A stretch of 64,000 nucleotides of DNA from a virus. A program made the position numbers and the translations under genes. Below the pieces are notes generated by a model. It did not search any database and was not told the DNA's origin. It saw nothing but the letters and a program-made list of their open reading frames with translations. Numbering within the stretch: position 1 is the first letter of the stretch; each line of letters starts with the position of its first letter. Below, piece after piece: positions 8,904 to 17,338 of this stretch. Location: the IMG/VR virus record IMGVR_UViG_3300021141_000706, one strand, 5' to 3'.

Positions 8904-8980
8904 GCCCTTGGGCCTCGTTAAGCCTCTTACCCTAGTGGTAACGTAACGAGTGGGAGTAGGGTAACACCGACGCCTCCCAA
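8904..8980 (+). ncRNA. Candidate structured RNA within the tRNA cluster
   Basis: GC-rich island. Pairings ctcgtta/taacgag, ttacc/ggtaa and tgggag/ctccca, plus an alternative ttacccta/tagggtaa. Class not recognised. Confidence 0.45.
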
Positions 8981-8984
8981 ATTT

Positions 8985-9058
8985 GGTCCTGTAGCTCAGT
9001 TGGTTAGAGCAACTGACTCATAATCAGTAGGTCCACGGTTCGAGCCCGTGCGGGACCA
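8985..9058 (+). tRNA. tRNA with CAT anticodon, probably tRNA-Ile2 (lysidine type, reads AUA); elongator Met not excluded. CCA not encoded.
   Basis: Acceptor GGTCCTG/CGGGACC with C4-G69 and C5-G68 (TilS-type determinants), ACTGA-CTCATAA-TCAGT. No initiator features. Confidence 0.88.
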
Positions 9059-9075
9059 CTAAAAAAGAAAAGAAT

Positions 9076-9258
9076 ATGAATATGAATTTTATAAATGAAA
9101 ACATCGAAGTTCTAACTCAGTTAGAAAAAGAATTTCCAAATAATATGGAGTTTGGAAATGCTATTAGAAGTAGATTTATGGATGAAGAGTTCGTAAGAAG
9201 TCTACCCAATGACCAAGAGTTTGGTAAAGAAGTTAGAAAAATAATTAAAAATATCTAA
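9076..9258 (+). CDS. Small hypothetical protein with an internal duplication
   Basis: FPNNMEFGNAIR and LPNDQEFGKEVR repeats. Confidence 0.7.
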   Translation: MNMNFINENIEVLTQLEKEFPNNMEFGNAIRSRFMDEEFVRSLPNDQEFGKEVRKIIKNI

Positions 9259-9265
9259 AATAAAT

Positions 9266-9296
9266 TTTGTCGGTTCGAAAAAAGTTCCTACATTTG
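9266..9296 (+). promoter_or_regulatory. Bacteroidota primary-sigma promoter
   Basis: TTTG, 19-nt spacer, TACATTTG. Confidence 0.75.
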
Positions 9297-9328
9297 TATA
9301 AATAATTAAAAAACATAAAAAATAAGAT

Positions 9329-10468
9329 ATGGCTGAAATGACACAAAAATCCACAATGCCTCAATCAGTGATTGAGAATCTTTCAAAGTTAACCGAGAAA
9401 GAGCGTAAATACTTTGCCGTGATGTGGGCAAAATATGGTGTATTGAATATTACATCTAAACCAGGCGTTGCGAAGTCTGCTATTGGTAAATCAATTGCCG
9501 ATAAAATGAACTTCCGATATATGGATATTCGTTTGTCAATGGTTGACGAAACTGACGTGGGTTTGTATCCATCTATCAACGAAATTGAAGTTGATGGTAA
9601 GATGGTTAAGTGTTTGGACTTCGTTGTTCCTCGTTGGGCAGTTGAAGCTAACAAGCAACCAACGATTATCCACTTTGAAGAGTTGAACCGTGCTTCTCAG
9701 CAAGTTCGTAATGCCGCTCTTCAAATCCTACTTGAGCGTCAGATTGGTACTGACTTCAAATTCAACGATAGCGTACTTATGATGTCTTCTGGTAACTTAG
9801 GTGACGAAGACGGAACAGACGTTGAAGAGTTTGACTCTGCCTTGAACAACCGTTTGGTTCACATCAACCATACATTGTCAGTTGACGAGTGGATTAAAGA
9901 CTTCGCGATGGATAACTGTCACAAGTTAATCACCTCTTTCATCAAAGCTCACCCAGAGCAAATGTACAAAGGTGCCACTGAGAACACAAAGGCTTACGCT
10001 ACTCCACGTTCTTGGACTATGATGTCTAAGTTCATCACCGAAAACTTCGGTCAAGATGCTTCACCTCGTGAGTTCTTGCCTTTGTTGAAAGAGGTGGCAA
10101 GTGGTTACTTAGGTAACTCTGCTGTGAAGTTCGTTCAATACTGCGAAGATATGTTGAATATTTCTATCAACGATGTAATCAACAACTACGACGGTATCAA
10201 GAAAGACCTTGAGAAGTACAACCGTGATAAGAACTCTGAATTGATTCAATCATTGAAAGAGATCGATATCACCAAGTTGAATAAGAAACAACTTGACAAC
10301 GTTGTAAAGTTCTTGAACAACGTGGGTGATGATGAGAAAACCGCTTACTTGCTTTACATCTTAGATAACATCGCCGATGTAACGAACCCAACCTTGAAGA
10401 CTTTCTTGCTTCAGTTCGAAGACCTTCTTCGTACTATCAAGAAAATCAACAAGCCTGGTAGTAAGTAA
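9329..10468 (+). CDS. MoxR-like AAA+ ATPase (phage type) with variant Walker motifs
   Basis: SKPGVAKS (Walker A variant), IRLS..DETDVGL, IIHFEELNRA (Walker B), SSGN, ALNNRL, TPRSW. Confidence 0.82.
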   Translation: MAEMTQKSTMPQSVIENLSKLTEKERKYFAVMWAKYGVLNITSKPGVAKSAIGKSIADKMNFRYMDIRLSMVDETDVGLYPSINEIEVDGKMVKCLDFVVPRWAVEANKQPTIIHFEELNRASQQVRNAALQILLERQIGTDFKFNDSVLMMSSGNLGDEDGTDVEEFDSALNNRLVHINHTLSVDEWIKDFAMDNCHKLITSFIKAHPEQMYKGATENTKAYATPRSWTMMSKFITENFGQDASPREFLPLLKEVASGYLGNSAVKFVQYCEDMLNISINDVINNYDGIKKDLEKYNRDKNSELIQSLKEIDITKLNKKQLDNVVKFLNNVGDDEKTAYLLYILDNIADVTNPTLKTFLLQFEDLLRTIKKINKPGSK

Positions 10469-10489
10469 TCAGAACCAGCCAATCTGATT

Positions 10490-10525
10490 AAAAAGGGGAT
10501 GTCAGTATTGATATCCCCTTTTTTT
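10490..10525 (+). terminator. Intrinsic terminator
   Basis: aaggggatgtca-gtat-tgatatcccctt plus T-run. Confidence 0.8.
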
Positions 10526-10560
10526 CTAAACAAATTATTCATAAATAGATATAATCTACA

Positions 10561-10827
10561 ATGGAAACATATCAAGTACAACTGGTTCTAATAAATAAAT
10601 TCGGTGAGTTCAAAGGAAAACCAGCGGATATTGACGAAGAAAAATATGACAATTTAATTAAAATGTCTAGAACATTTTATGCCAGTGGTGGATTTGAATT
10701 AACATGTGAAGATGATTCATATGCTATATTTCCACCAAACATTGTAGAAGAATCTATATTAATAATAAATAAAAAAATCATAACTGATATAACATCAGAA
10801 GAAGGAGAAGAAAATGTACAAGAGTAA
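10561..10827 (+). CDS. Hypothetical protein
   Basis: 88 aa ORF, first of an overlapping gene run. Confidence 0.7.
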   Translation: METYQVQLVLINKFGEFKGKPADIDEEKYDNLIKMSRTFYASGGFELTCEDDSYAIFPPNIVEESILIINKKIITDITSEEGEENVQE

Positions 10828-11464
10828 GTTTAAACGTTTTGGAGGTGAATATATTCCAGACATAATAGAATACCTAAAGGACTATCTAAAAGATGATCCT
10901 ACTGCTACGATTACAGTTGGTTGCGACTCTATTCAAAAGAGACGTAGAACTGTTTATGCTGTTACGATTATGATGTATAATACAGATTTAAGAAATGGTG
11001 CTCACGTTATTTTCTTCCGTGAATCTTGTGATAAGATTAGAGATAATCAAGAAAGACTTTATAAAGAAGCTCAATATCTTCATGATGTTGGTGTTTATCT
11101 TGATGAAGAATTATCTAATTTTTATGAAAGAAAAGACTTAACTGAAATAGAAAGAAAAAGATATAAGTTTCACTTAGCCAAGTGTAATCACGAATATTCT
11201 CATGTACCACTACATCTTGAAGAAGGTGTAATGAATGCTATGAACTTAGTACCTGCTGATAGAATGTACTTTAGATTAGTTGATATTCATATTGACTTTA
11301 ATCCAAATGAAGGAACTAAGAATGAAAGAGGTGTTAGTAAGAATAAGTCTTATGCTGCCTATAAAGCTTATGTGCCTTGGTTAAGAGGTATGGGATTCAG
11401 AACTTGGGCTAAGCCGCTTGCCTTTGGAGCCACAACAGCGGCAGATCTTTTACTTCAAGACTAA
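10814..11464 (+). CDS. RNase H-like YkuK (DUF458) family protein
   Basis: ITVGCDSIQ, RLYKEA, DIHIDFN, KPLAFGATTAAD. Confidence 0.78.
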   Translation: MYKSKFKRFGGEYIPDIIEYLKDYLKDDPTATITVGCDSIQKRRRTVYAVTIMMYNTDLRNGAHVIFFRESCDKIRDNQERLYKEAQYLHDVGVYLDEELSNFYERKDLTEIERKRYKFHLAKCNHEYSHVPLHLEEGVMNAMNLVPADRMYFRLVDIHIDFNPNEGTKNERGVSKNKSYAAYKAYVPWLRGMGFRTWAKPLAFGATTAADLLLQD

Positions 11465-11465
11465 T

Positions 11466-11777
11466 ATGTTTCAAATAAATTCAATGCTATTAAGAAAAAT
11501 GGGGTGGACTGATCACAGTTCACCTACATTTAATAGTCCTAGATTTGATGATAATGACTTGGTTAGATTTTATATCAGACCAGAAACAATTTATTTTTTT
11601 ATAAAAGAACTTTCAGAAGAAGAAAAACAAATATCAAAAAATTCATATAAATTTGTAATTGGTAAAAGAGAAATTCAATTTGATTCTAATATAGAATTAA
11701 TTAGATTAATAATTGAAAATGAAGCTTGTAACGAAGATTATAAAAGGCACTTTAAATTAAATAAAATATTAAGATGA
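11466..11777 (+). CDS. Hypothetical protein with C-terminal tag (KRHFKLNKIL)
   Basis: ATG at 11466, right after the upstream stop, preferred over the track start at 11418. Confidence 0.65.
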   Translation: MFQINSMLLRKMGWTDHSSPTFNSPRFDDNDLVRFYIRPETIYFFIKELSEEEKQISKNSYKFVIGKREIQFDSNIELIRLIIENEACNEDYKRHFKLNKILR

Positions 11778-12376
11778 AAAAAGAAGTAAAAGTATTAGGT
11801 TTATCCTACAGTCAATCACAGTCAGGATCTTATGTTGTTGTTCTTTCTGAAAAGAAAGGCAAACGTAAATTACCTATCGTAATTAAACCATCAGACGCGC
11901 AACAAATCGCTTTGAAGATTGAAGGAGTTAAATCACCTAGACCTTTGACTCACGACTTGTTCAAAACAATCACAGATTCCTATCAAATTGATATTCAAGA
12001 AGTTTATATCTATGCTATCTTAGAAGGTATCTTCTATACTAAATTAATCACTTCAAATGGAGTTGAAGAAGCTGAGATTGATTGTACAGCGGGTGATGGT
12101 ATTGCTTTATCTATTGTTTATGGTTGTCCTTTATATGCTTCTAAGGAAGTTTTAGATTTATCTGGTGTTTACATCAATGACGATGGAAGTACTCTGGATA
12201 ATTCAAATATCGAAGACATTGATGATTACGAAGAAGACATTGAAGAAACTCCAAAAAGAGTTGTTTCTATTGAAGACTTAGAACATATGATTGAAGATGC
12301 TATCAGAAATGAAGAGTATGAAATTGCGGCTGAAATTCGTGATAGAATTGAAAAATTAAAAAAAGAAGGTAACTAA
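11774..12376 (+). CDS. Bifunctional nuclease family protein (DUF151/BFN) with C-terminal UVR domain
   Basis: LPIVI..AQQIA, PRPLTHDLF, EGIFY, DGIALS. UVR motif EEYEIAAEIRDRI. Bacteroidota-like N-terminus GLSYSQSQSGSY. Confidence 0.88.
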   Translation: MKKEVKVLGLSYSQSQSGSYVVVLSEKKGKRKLPIVIKPSDAQQIALKIEGVKSPRPLTHDLFKTITDSYQIDIQEVYIYAILEGIFYTKLITSNGVEEAEIDCTAGDGIALSIVYGCPLYASKEVLDLSGVYINDDGSTLDNSNIEDIDDYEEDIEETPKRVVSIEDLEHMIEDAIRNEEYEIAAEIRDRIEKLKKEGN

Positions 12377-12377
12377 T

Positions 12378-13214
12378 ATGGCATTATCGTATATCGGTGG
12401 TAAATCGAAAATCGGAACTTGGATTAGAAATTACATTCCAAACAATATTGAAACTTATGTAGAACCATTCTCAGGGATGTTCTGGGTATTCTTTAAGTTG
12501 AATACACCAAGTTTCAAAAATCTTAAAACTGTTGTTTACAATGACGTAAACCCGTTAAATGTAAACTTATATCTTTGTCTTAAAGATTATAAGAAGTTTT
12601 GGGATATGACTCAAAACACACCAATTGAAAACAAAGAGTTATTCAATAAATGTAAATCAGATTTATTTGATACTGAGTTTGTATTAGATATGAATAACCC
12701 TAACTTTGATATTGCTATCAAGTATGCTTATGTTTTAAGTCAAGTTTGGTCTGGTACCGATCCTAAAAAAGGTAACCTAATCTTAAAAGGTGGTTATGAA
12801 GGTAAAGATGGTGTTTATAAATCTAAGTTTGAAATCTTTAGAAGTAAACTAATTGATCCTAAATGGCACAGATACTTTGATGCTATTACGAACATTGAGA
12901 ATCTTGATTTTGAAGAAGTTATTAAGAAATATGATTCACCTACAACTTACTTCTATTGTGATCCACCATACTTCAAAACCGAAGACTATTATATCAATCA
13001 TGACTTTGGTATTCAAACACACGAAAGATTGGCTAATGCTTTGAAGGCTATGGAAGGTAGATTCTCATTAAGTTACTATCATTTTGATTTATTAGATGAT
13101 TGGTTTCCAAGAGAAGAATACACTTGGAAAGATAAAGAGTTTGCTAAGACCGCAATGGCTGTTCCTGGTAAGGCACAGACTAAAGGTACCGAGATTCTAA
13201 TAATGAACTACTAA
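12378..13214 (+). CDS. DNA adenine methyltransferase (Dam/D12 class)
   Basis: YIGGKS, YVEPFSG, YNDVN, FYCDPPY, EILIMNY. Confidence 0.9.
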   Translation: MALSYIGGKSKIGTWIRNYIPNNIETYVEPFSGMFWVFFKLNTPSFKNLKTVVYNDVNPLNVNLYLCLKDYKKFWDMTQNTPIENKELFNKCKSDLFDTEFVLDMNNPNFDIAIKYAYVLSQVWSGTDPKKGNLILKGGYEGKDGVYKSKFEIFRSKLIDPKWHRYFDAITNIENLDFEEVIKKYDSPTTYFYCDPPYFKTEDYYINHDFGIQTHERLANALKAMEGRFSLSYYHFDLLDDWFPREEYTWKDKEFAKTAMAVPGKAQTKGTEILIMNY

Positions 13215-13215
13215 G

Positions 13216-13554
13216 ATGATTATACTTACTTGTCAGTTAATCTTTGATAAAGGCGGTGAAAGAATACTTACCTCAGTTGTTTATGATGATATTACTGATA
13301 GATTTGTTAGAACGGCTCAAAAAATATCACCTGAATTAGTACAGGATTTAAATTCTAACAACCCTATGGTTGATATTAATGATGTTGTTAGTTTAGATTA
13401 TATTGATTATGTATTAGATGATGAAGAGTTAGAAGAAGTTATTGAAATGGTTGAAGATGGACCTGACAATGATATAATTAAAAAAGCAAAAGAATTTATT
13501 GTCTTCTATAAAAGAGATAAAAAAATAAAAAATATAATAGATGAAAAAGATTAA
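13216..13554 (+). CDS. Hypothetical protein with C-terminal tag (KRDKKIKNII)
   Basis: ORF in operon. Confidence 0.7.
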   Translation: MIILTCQLIFDKGGERILTSVVYDDITDRFVRTAQKISPELVQDLNSNNPMVDINDVVSLDYIDYVLDDEELEEVIEMVEDGPDNDIIKKAKEFIVFYKRDKKIKNIIDEKD

Positions 13555-14131
13555 GTCAGTTTTAATATCAGTTTTTGATAAAGAAGGATTAGAACCATTA
13601 GTTAGAATATTAAATGATAATGGTGTAAGAATTTACTCAACCGGTGGTACAGAAAAATTTATTAATGACTTAGGGGTTAATGTTATTTCTGTTGAAACAG
13701 TTACTGACTATCCATCTATCTTAGGTGGTAGAGTTAAAACTTTACATCCAAAAGTATTTGGTGGTATCTTAAATCGTAGAGAAAATGAAAAAGACCAATT
13801 AGAAATTTCAGCATTTGGAATTCCAGAAATTGATATGGTAATTGTTGATCTTTATCCTTTCTCAGAAACAGTTAAGAATGAATCATCAACACATCAAGAT
13901 ATAATTGAGAAGATTGATATTGGTGGTGTTTCTTTAATCAGAGCCGCTGGTAAAAACTATAAAGATGTTCTTATTGTTTCAAATAAGGACCAATATTCTG
14001 ATGTTTGTGAAATTTTAAGTACCCAAGAAGTCTCAACGTCATTAGAACAAAGAATGAAGTTTGCTGGTAAGTCATTTGAGTTAACTACTAAATATGATTC
14101 TGAAATAGCAGAATATTTTTATGAAATATAA
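13541..14131 (+). CDS. purH: Stand-alone IMP cyclohydrolase domain (N-terminal half of PurH only)
   Basis: LISVFDK, STGGT, GGRVKTLHP, VDLYPF, IDIGGVSLIRAAGKN. Ends at YDSEIAEY with no AICAR transformylase domain. Confidence 0.88.
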   Translation: MKKIKSVLISVFDKEGLEPLVRILNDNGVRIYSTGGTEKFINDLGVNVISVETVTDYPSILGGRVKTLHPKVFGGILNRRENEKDQLEISAFGIPEIDMVIVDLYPFSETVKNESSTHQDIIEKIDIGGVSLIRAAGKNYKDVLIVSNKDQYSDVCEILSTQEVSTSLEQRMKFAGKSFELTTKYDSEIAEYFYEI

Positions 14132-14438
14132 GAAGATAATTAAAGAGTGGAAAGAAGCAACACCACAAGAAGTCTGGGAAGGAGTTAAAGATAACTTTCT
14201 TTTTGGATTTATTGGAGCTACTTTAGTTGTCTTCATTGCCACAAAAACAGACTTAGCTGTTTTGATTGGTTATATGGCTTACTATATGTTTATGGGTAAG
14301 ATTGTTAATAGACCTAAGTATGTAACTGATTTAGGTAGAATGATTGTATTCCCTATCCCGTCTGCGTTAGGTGCTTTCACTGGTTATAAACTATCATATT
14401 TAATGATAGAACTTTTAAATCAATTGATGGGAAGTTAA
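14121..14438 (+). CDS. Small membrane protein
   Basis: About three hydrophobic segments. Confidence 0.7.
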   Translation: MKYKKIIKEWKEATPQEVWEGVKDNFLFGFIGATLVVFIATKTDLAVLIGYMAYYMFMGKIVNRPKYVTDLGRMIVFPIPSALGAFTGYKLSYLMIELLNQLMGS

Positions 14439-14475
14439 AAACTTTAATAAATAAGATATAAAAATATCTTTATTA

Positions 14476-14706
14476 ATGAAGTATAAACCCGGAGATGTCG
14501 TAATAAAAACCACTGGTGGAAATAAAATGACTGTCTTTGATAAAGTTAATGATAGTTATAAATGTCTTTGGTTTGTTGAAAGTTCAATGAATGAATCTGA
14601 GTTCAAAGAAGAAGAGATAGTCTCTCTAAATGAATATAAACGATTTCTAAAGACAGAAGAAAGAGAAGATAAGATTAACCAACTTCTTAATTCTTTTACC
14701 AATTAA
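14476..14706 (+). CDS. YodC/DUF2158-like small protein with C-terminal tag (EREDKINQLL)
   Basis: KPGDVV.KTTGGNKMTV...CLWF....F.EEE. Confidence 0.65.
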   Translation: MKYKPGDVVIKTTGGNKMTVFDKVNDSYKCLWFVESSMNESEFKEEEIVSLNEYKRFLKTEEREDKINQLLNSFTN

Positions 14707-15457
14707 TATTTACTACTTCTGGATTTGAATAAAGTGATTTAGAATAATAGTTATCAAATATATTTCTATACTTTTGTTGCCAAATCTCTACATCTGGAAT
14801 ATTCATTTCAGTCATTTTTCTACCTAAACCAGTTGACATATAAGCTTGTAACTCATCTGGTAAAACGTGGTCAGCATAACCATATTCAGTAATACACTTA
14901 TACATCATATCTTTTACCGTAGGATCACACTCATCATTCATTTTAGACATTTCTGCCTTATATTCAGGTAAAGTAAACCACATAGCGTGAGCAAATTCGT
15001 GTTCAAGTAAGCTATTTGATAACTCATCAACACCTAAAAGATAGTAGTTATGATCACCTTCTATTTCTTTAATTGTATTAATAGTTGATAACATTAATTT
15101 ATCCCAGTTGTTTATTTCATCTTCTGGTATATTAAACATACACTCTTCTAATATATTTGAAGGAATGTTAAATCCAGACCAATCAGAACCATATGTAAAC
15201 TGTTGTTTACCATAGTGTTGTTTGTAGATATTTACAAAGTCTGTTACCTTAAATTGTTTACCAATAATTTCTTCAAATGAAGATTCATAAAACTCTTGAG
15301 GTCTCATAAACATTAATGCTCTAGTGTGAGAGTCTGGAGCCTTTATTGCCCAAATATGATCACCACAATGATACAATTCAATTTGAGCTGAAAAAAGATC
15401 TATCTCAGGTCTCATATTTAATTCTTCTAAGAACAGTTTATACTTTTTAATAATCAT
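14696..15457 (-). CDS. HExxH zinc-metallopeptidase-like protein with capsid-targeting-like leader
   Basis: LLEHEFAHA, downstream DELQAY, leader MIIKKYKLFLEE. Confidence 0.65.
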   Translation of the reverse strand: MIIKKYKLFLEELNMRPEIDLFSAQIELYHCGDHIWAIKAPDSHTRALMFMRPQEFYESSFEEIIGKQFKVTDFVNIYKQHYGKQQFTYGSDWSGFNIPSNILEECMFNIPEDEINNWDKLMLSTINTIKEIEGDHNYYLLGVDELSNSLLEHEFAHAMWFTLPEYKAEMSKMNDECDPTVKDMMYKCITEYGYADHVLPDELQAYMSTGLGRKMTEMNIPDVEIWQQKYRNIFDNYYSKSLYSNPEVVNINW

Positions 15458-15461
15458 AGTA

Positions 15462-16499
15462 TTATTTAATTTTTAACGAGTAAAGTTTTAGTATATTTCT
15501 TTGTATTCTATTACCAGCTCTATTGATTCTCTTTTGAATGAATGCTAAAAACTTATCAACTGACATAGCTTTAACAGATTCACCCGATAAAGTAGGTTTG
15601 TCTTCTTCTCTACTAATAGAGCCCTCTCTATTTTTTATTAACTCATTAGCAAATCCATTTTTAACTCTTCTCAACATCATTTCAACATCAGCATCTGGAT
15701 AAACACTTAGTATCTTATCAGTCATTTTTTGTTTGAACTGATTAGCATCAAACTCTATCATCTTTGTAGCAAACTTCCAAGATGGTGCTTTTTCTTTTAC
15801 TTCTTCTATATCATATCTTTTAACATAAGGATAAGCATCTTGAGTCATTGCGTTAATTTCATGAAGTTCACTCCAGTAAACATAAAACCCAATCTCATCA
15901 TACCAAATCTTCCAAATATCTTTTCTAATCTTAGCTCTATTAGCATCTAAAGCCCAAGTAACATCAGTTGATACTTGACCTTTACCTTTTCTCATTCTAT
16001 TCCAACCCTCATAACCGTGATTTAATTCGTGTGTTATAGAAGATTCAATCTCAAGAGATAATCCTTCTCTATCATTAAGAACATCGCTTACAATAGCACC
16101 AATCTCAAGTACTAAATGAAGAGTAGCATCTGATCTATCATCAATTGCTGGTTTGATTGCTGAACCACCTTCTTCACCAATATTATAACAAGCACCAGTA
16201 CCAATATATTTCTTTTTTGATGTTGGAAATCTTTTAATAAAATCTTCATCAGTCATTGTTTTAAGTGTGTAATTAACAGACATTGATGAGATAGGATATT
16301 TGGACCAAATATCATTTTGAATAAATTGAGTTAAATCTTCTTGACTATATTCTTGAATGTGTGAATAATCTTTTTCACCGGATTCTAAAGCGATATCACA
16401 ATACTTATTGAACTCATCTAATAAGAACTGATTGTAGATAAGAGTAGCTTCTGCTACACCGTGTGCTTCAAATAATTGATATGATTTTAAGTGTTTCAT
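15462..16499 (-). CDS. HExxH zinc-metallopeptidase-like protein with capsid-targeting-like leader
   Basis: ITHELNHGY, downstream HEINA, leader MKHLKSYQLFEA, AATATATA at 16505-16512. Confidence 0.65.
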   Translation of the reverse strand: MKHLKSYQLFEAHGVAEATLIYNQFLLDEFNKYCDIALESGEKDYSHIQEYSQEDLTQFIQNDIWSKYPISSMSVNYTLKTMTDEDFIKRFPTSKKKYIGTGACYNIGEEGGSAIKPAIDDRSDATLHLVLEIGAIVSDVLNDREGLSLEIESSITHELNHGYEGWNRMRKGKGQVSTDVTWALDANRAKIRKDIWKIWYDEIGFYVYWSELHEINAMTQDAYPYVKRYDIEEVKEKAPSWKFATKMIEFDANQFKQKMTDKILSVYPDADVEMMLRRVKNGFANELIKNREGSISREEDKPTLSGESVKAMSVDKFLAFIQKRINRAGNRIQRNILKLYSLKIK

Positions 16500-16503
16500 T
16501 TCG

Positions 16504-16977
16504 TTATATATTAAAATAGACTAAGAACTTAACAGGTTTGTATTGTCCGTGACTAGCATTCAAATCCATTTTAACATCATATCCGGATTCTATTAGTCTT
16601 GAATTAGCGGTTAACATATCATCAAATAATCTAATACCTTCATTACCAATTACAGTAGAACCAAATTCATTTGATTCACCAGGTAGTTTAATATCAACGA
16701 TGATACAAACTTTATCTAACTTCTTTGACTTAGTTCCTAATTCAGAAGTTGATATAATTACTGGTAATTGATAATCTAAAAATCTATTTACATCACCTCT
16801 TTTTGGATCGAAACTAATATATCCACCTCTTTCAAATCCAGGAGATACCATAGAGTATGATATAATACCCATATCTTCAAAATCTAAAAATACTTCTCTC
16901 ACTTCAAGAAACTTACTTGAAATAATTTCTTTAGAATTACTTGTATTTTCATTAAAAGTAGACCAACGTTTAATCAT
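16504..16977 (-). CDS. Hypothetical protein with capsid-targeting-like leader (MIKRWSTFNEN)
   Basis: Start moved to the ATG at 16977, just downstream of the minus-strand AATATATA (16982-16989). Confidence 0.7.
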   Translation of the reverse strand: MIKRWSTFNENTSNSKEIISSKFLEVREVFLDFEDMGIISYSMVSPGFERGGYISFDPKRGDVNRFLDYQLPVIISTSELGTKSKKLDKVCIIVDIKLPGESNEFGSTVIGNEGIRLFDDMLTANSRLIESGYDVKMDLNASHGQYKPVKFLVYFNI

Positions 16978-16993
16978 ATAATATATATTAAAT

Positions 16994-17338
16994 ATGAAAC
17001 TCGATATCAATGAAGTTTACCACAATTATATAGTTAGAATAGTAATATTTGCTCTTTTTACTTTCAAAAGACAGATAAGACAACCAAATATTTATAAGAT
17101 TTCTGTTATAACTTTCACTATTAAAAGATTGCCTTGGAAAATTAATTTAGTAATTGATACTGGATTGAAATTAAATAAAGAAGATGAAAGAGAAATACTA
17201 CTTAATGAATTATTAGAGGGTATTGAAACAGATTATTTATCAACAGTTGTTGTTACATTTGTGACACCATTAAAAGAAGTTACGATGAGTATTGATTTAA
17301 GTGATGAAGAAAAGTATGAACACTATCTTTATTCTTAA
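16994..17338 (+). CDS. Hypothetical protein with an internal copy of the tag (EREILLNELL)
   Basis: 114 aa ORF divergent from 16977. Confidence 0.55.
   Translation: MKLDINEVYHNYIVRIVIFALFTFKRQIRQPNIYKISVITFTIKRLPWKINLVIDTGLKLNKEDEREILLNELLEGIETDYLSTVVVTFVTPLKEVTMSIDLSDEEKYEHYLYS

Noticed and set aside
8904-8980. Assignment as twister, pistol, HDV/theta or glmS ribozyme
   Set aside because: Only fragments match (UAAGC; ACGAG...GCCUCCC). The required stems and catalytic residues could not all be placed, so it is kept as unclassified.
11774-12376. C-terminal tag is simply a UVR-domain fragment
   Set aside because: UVR has R-D-x-I spacing preceded by E-x-A-A (AAEIRDRI). The tag has R-x-x-x-[IL] and lacks the preceding motif.
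13541-14438. Frameshifted full-length purH pseudogene
   Set aside because: The downstream ORF is a hydrophobic membrane protein, and I saw no transformylase motif (e.g. LRYGENPHQ) after the stop.
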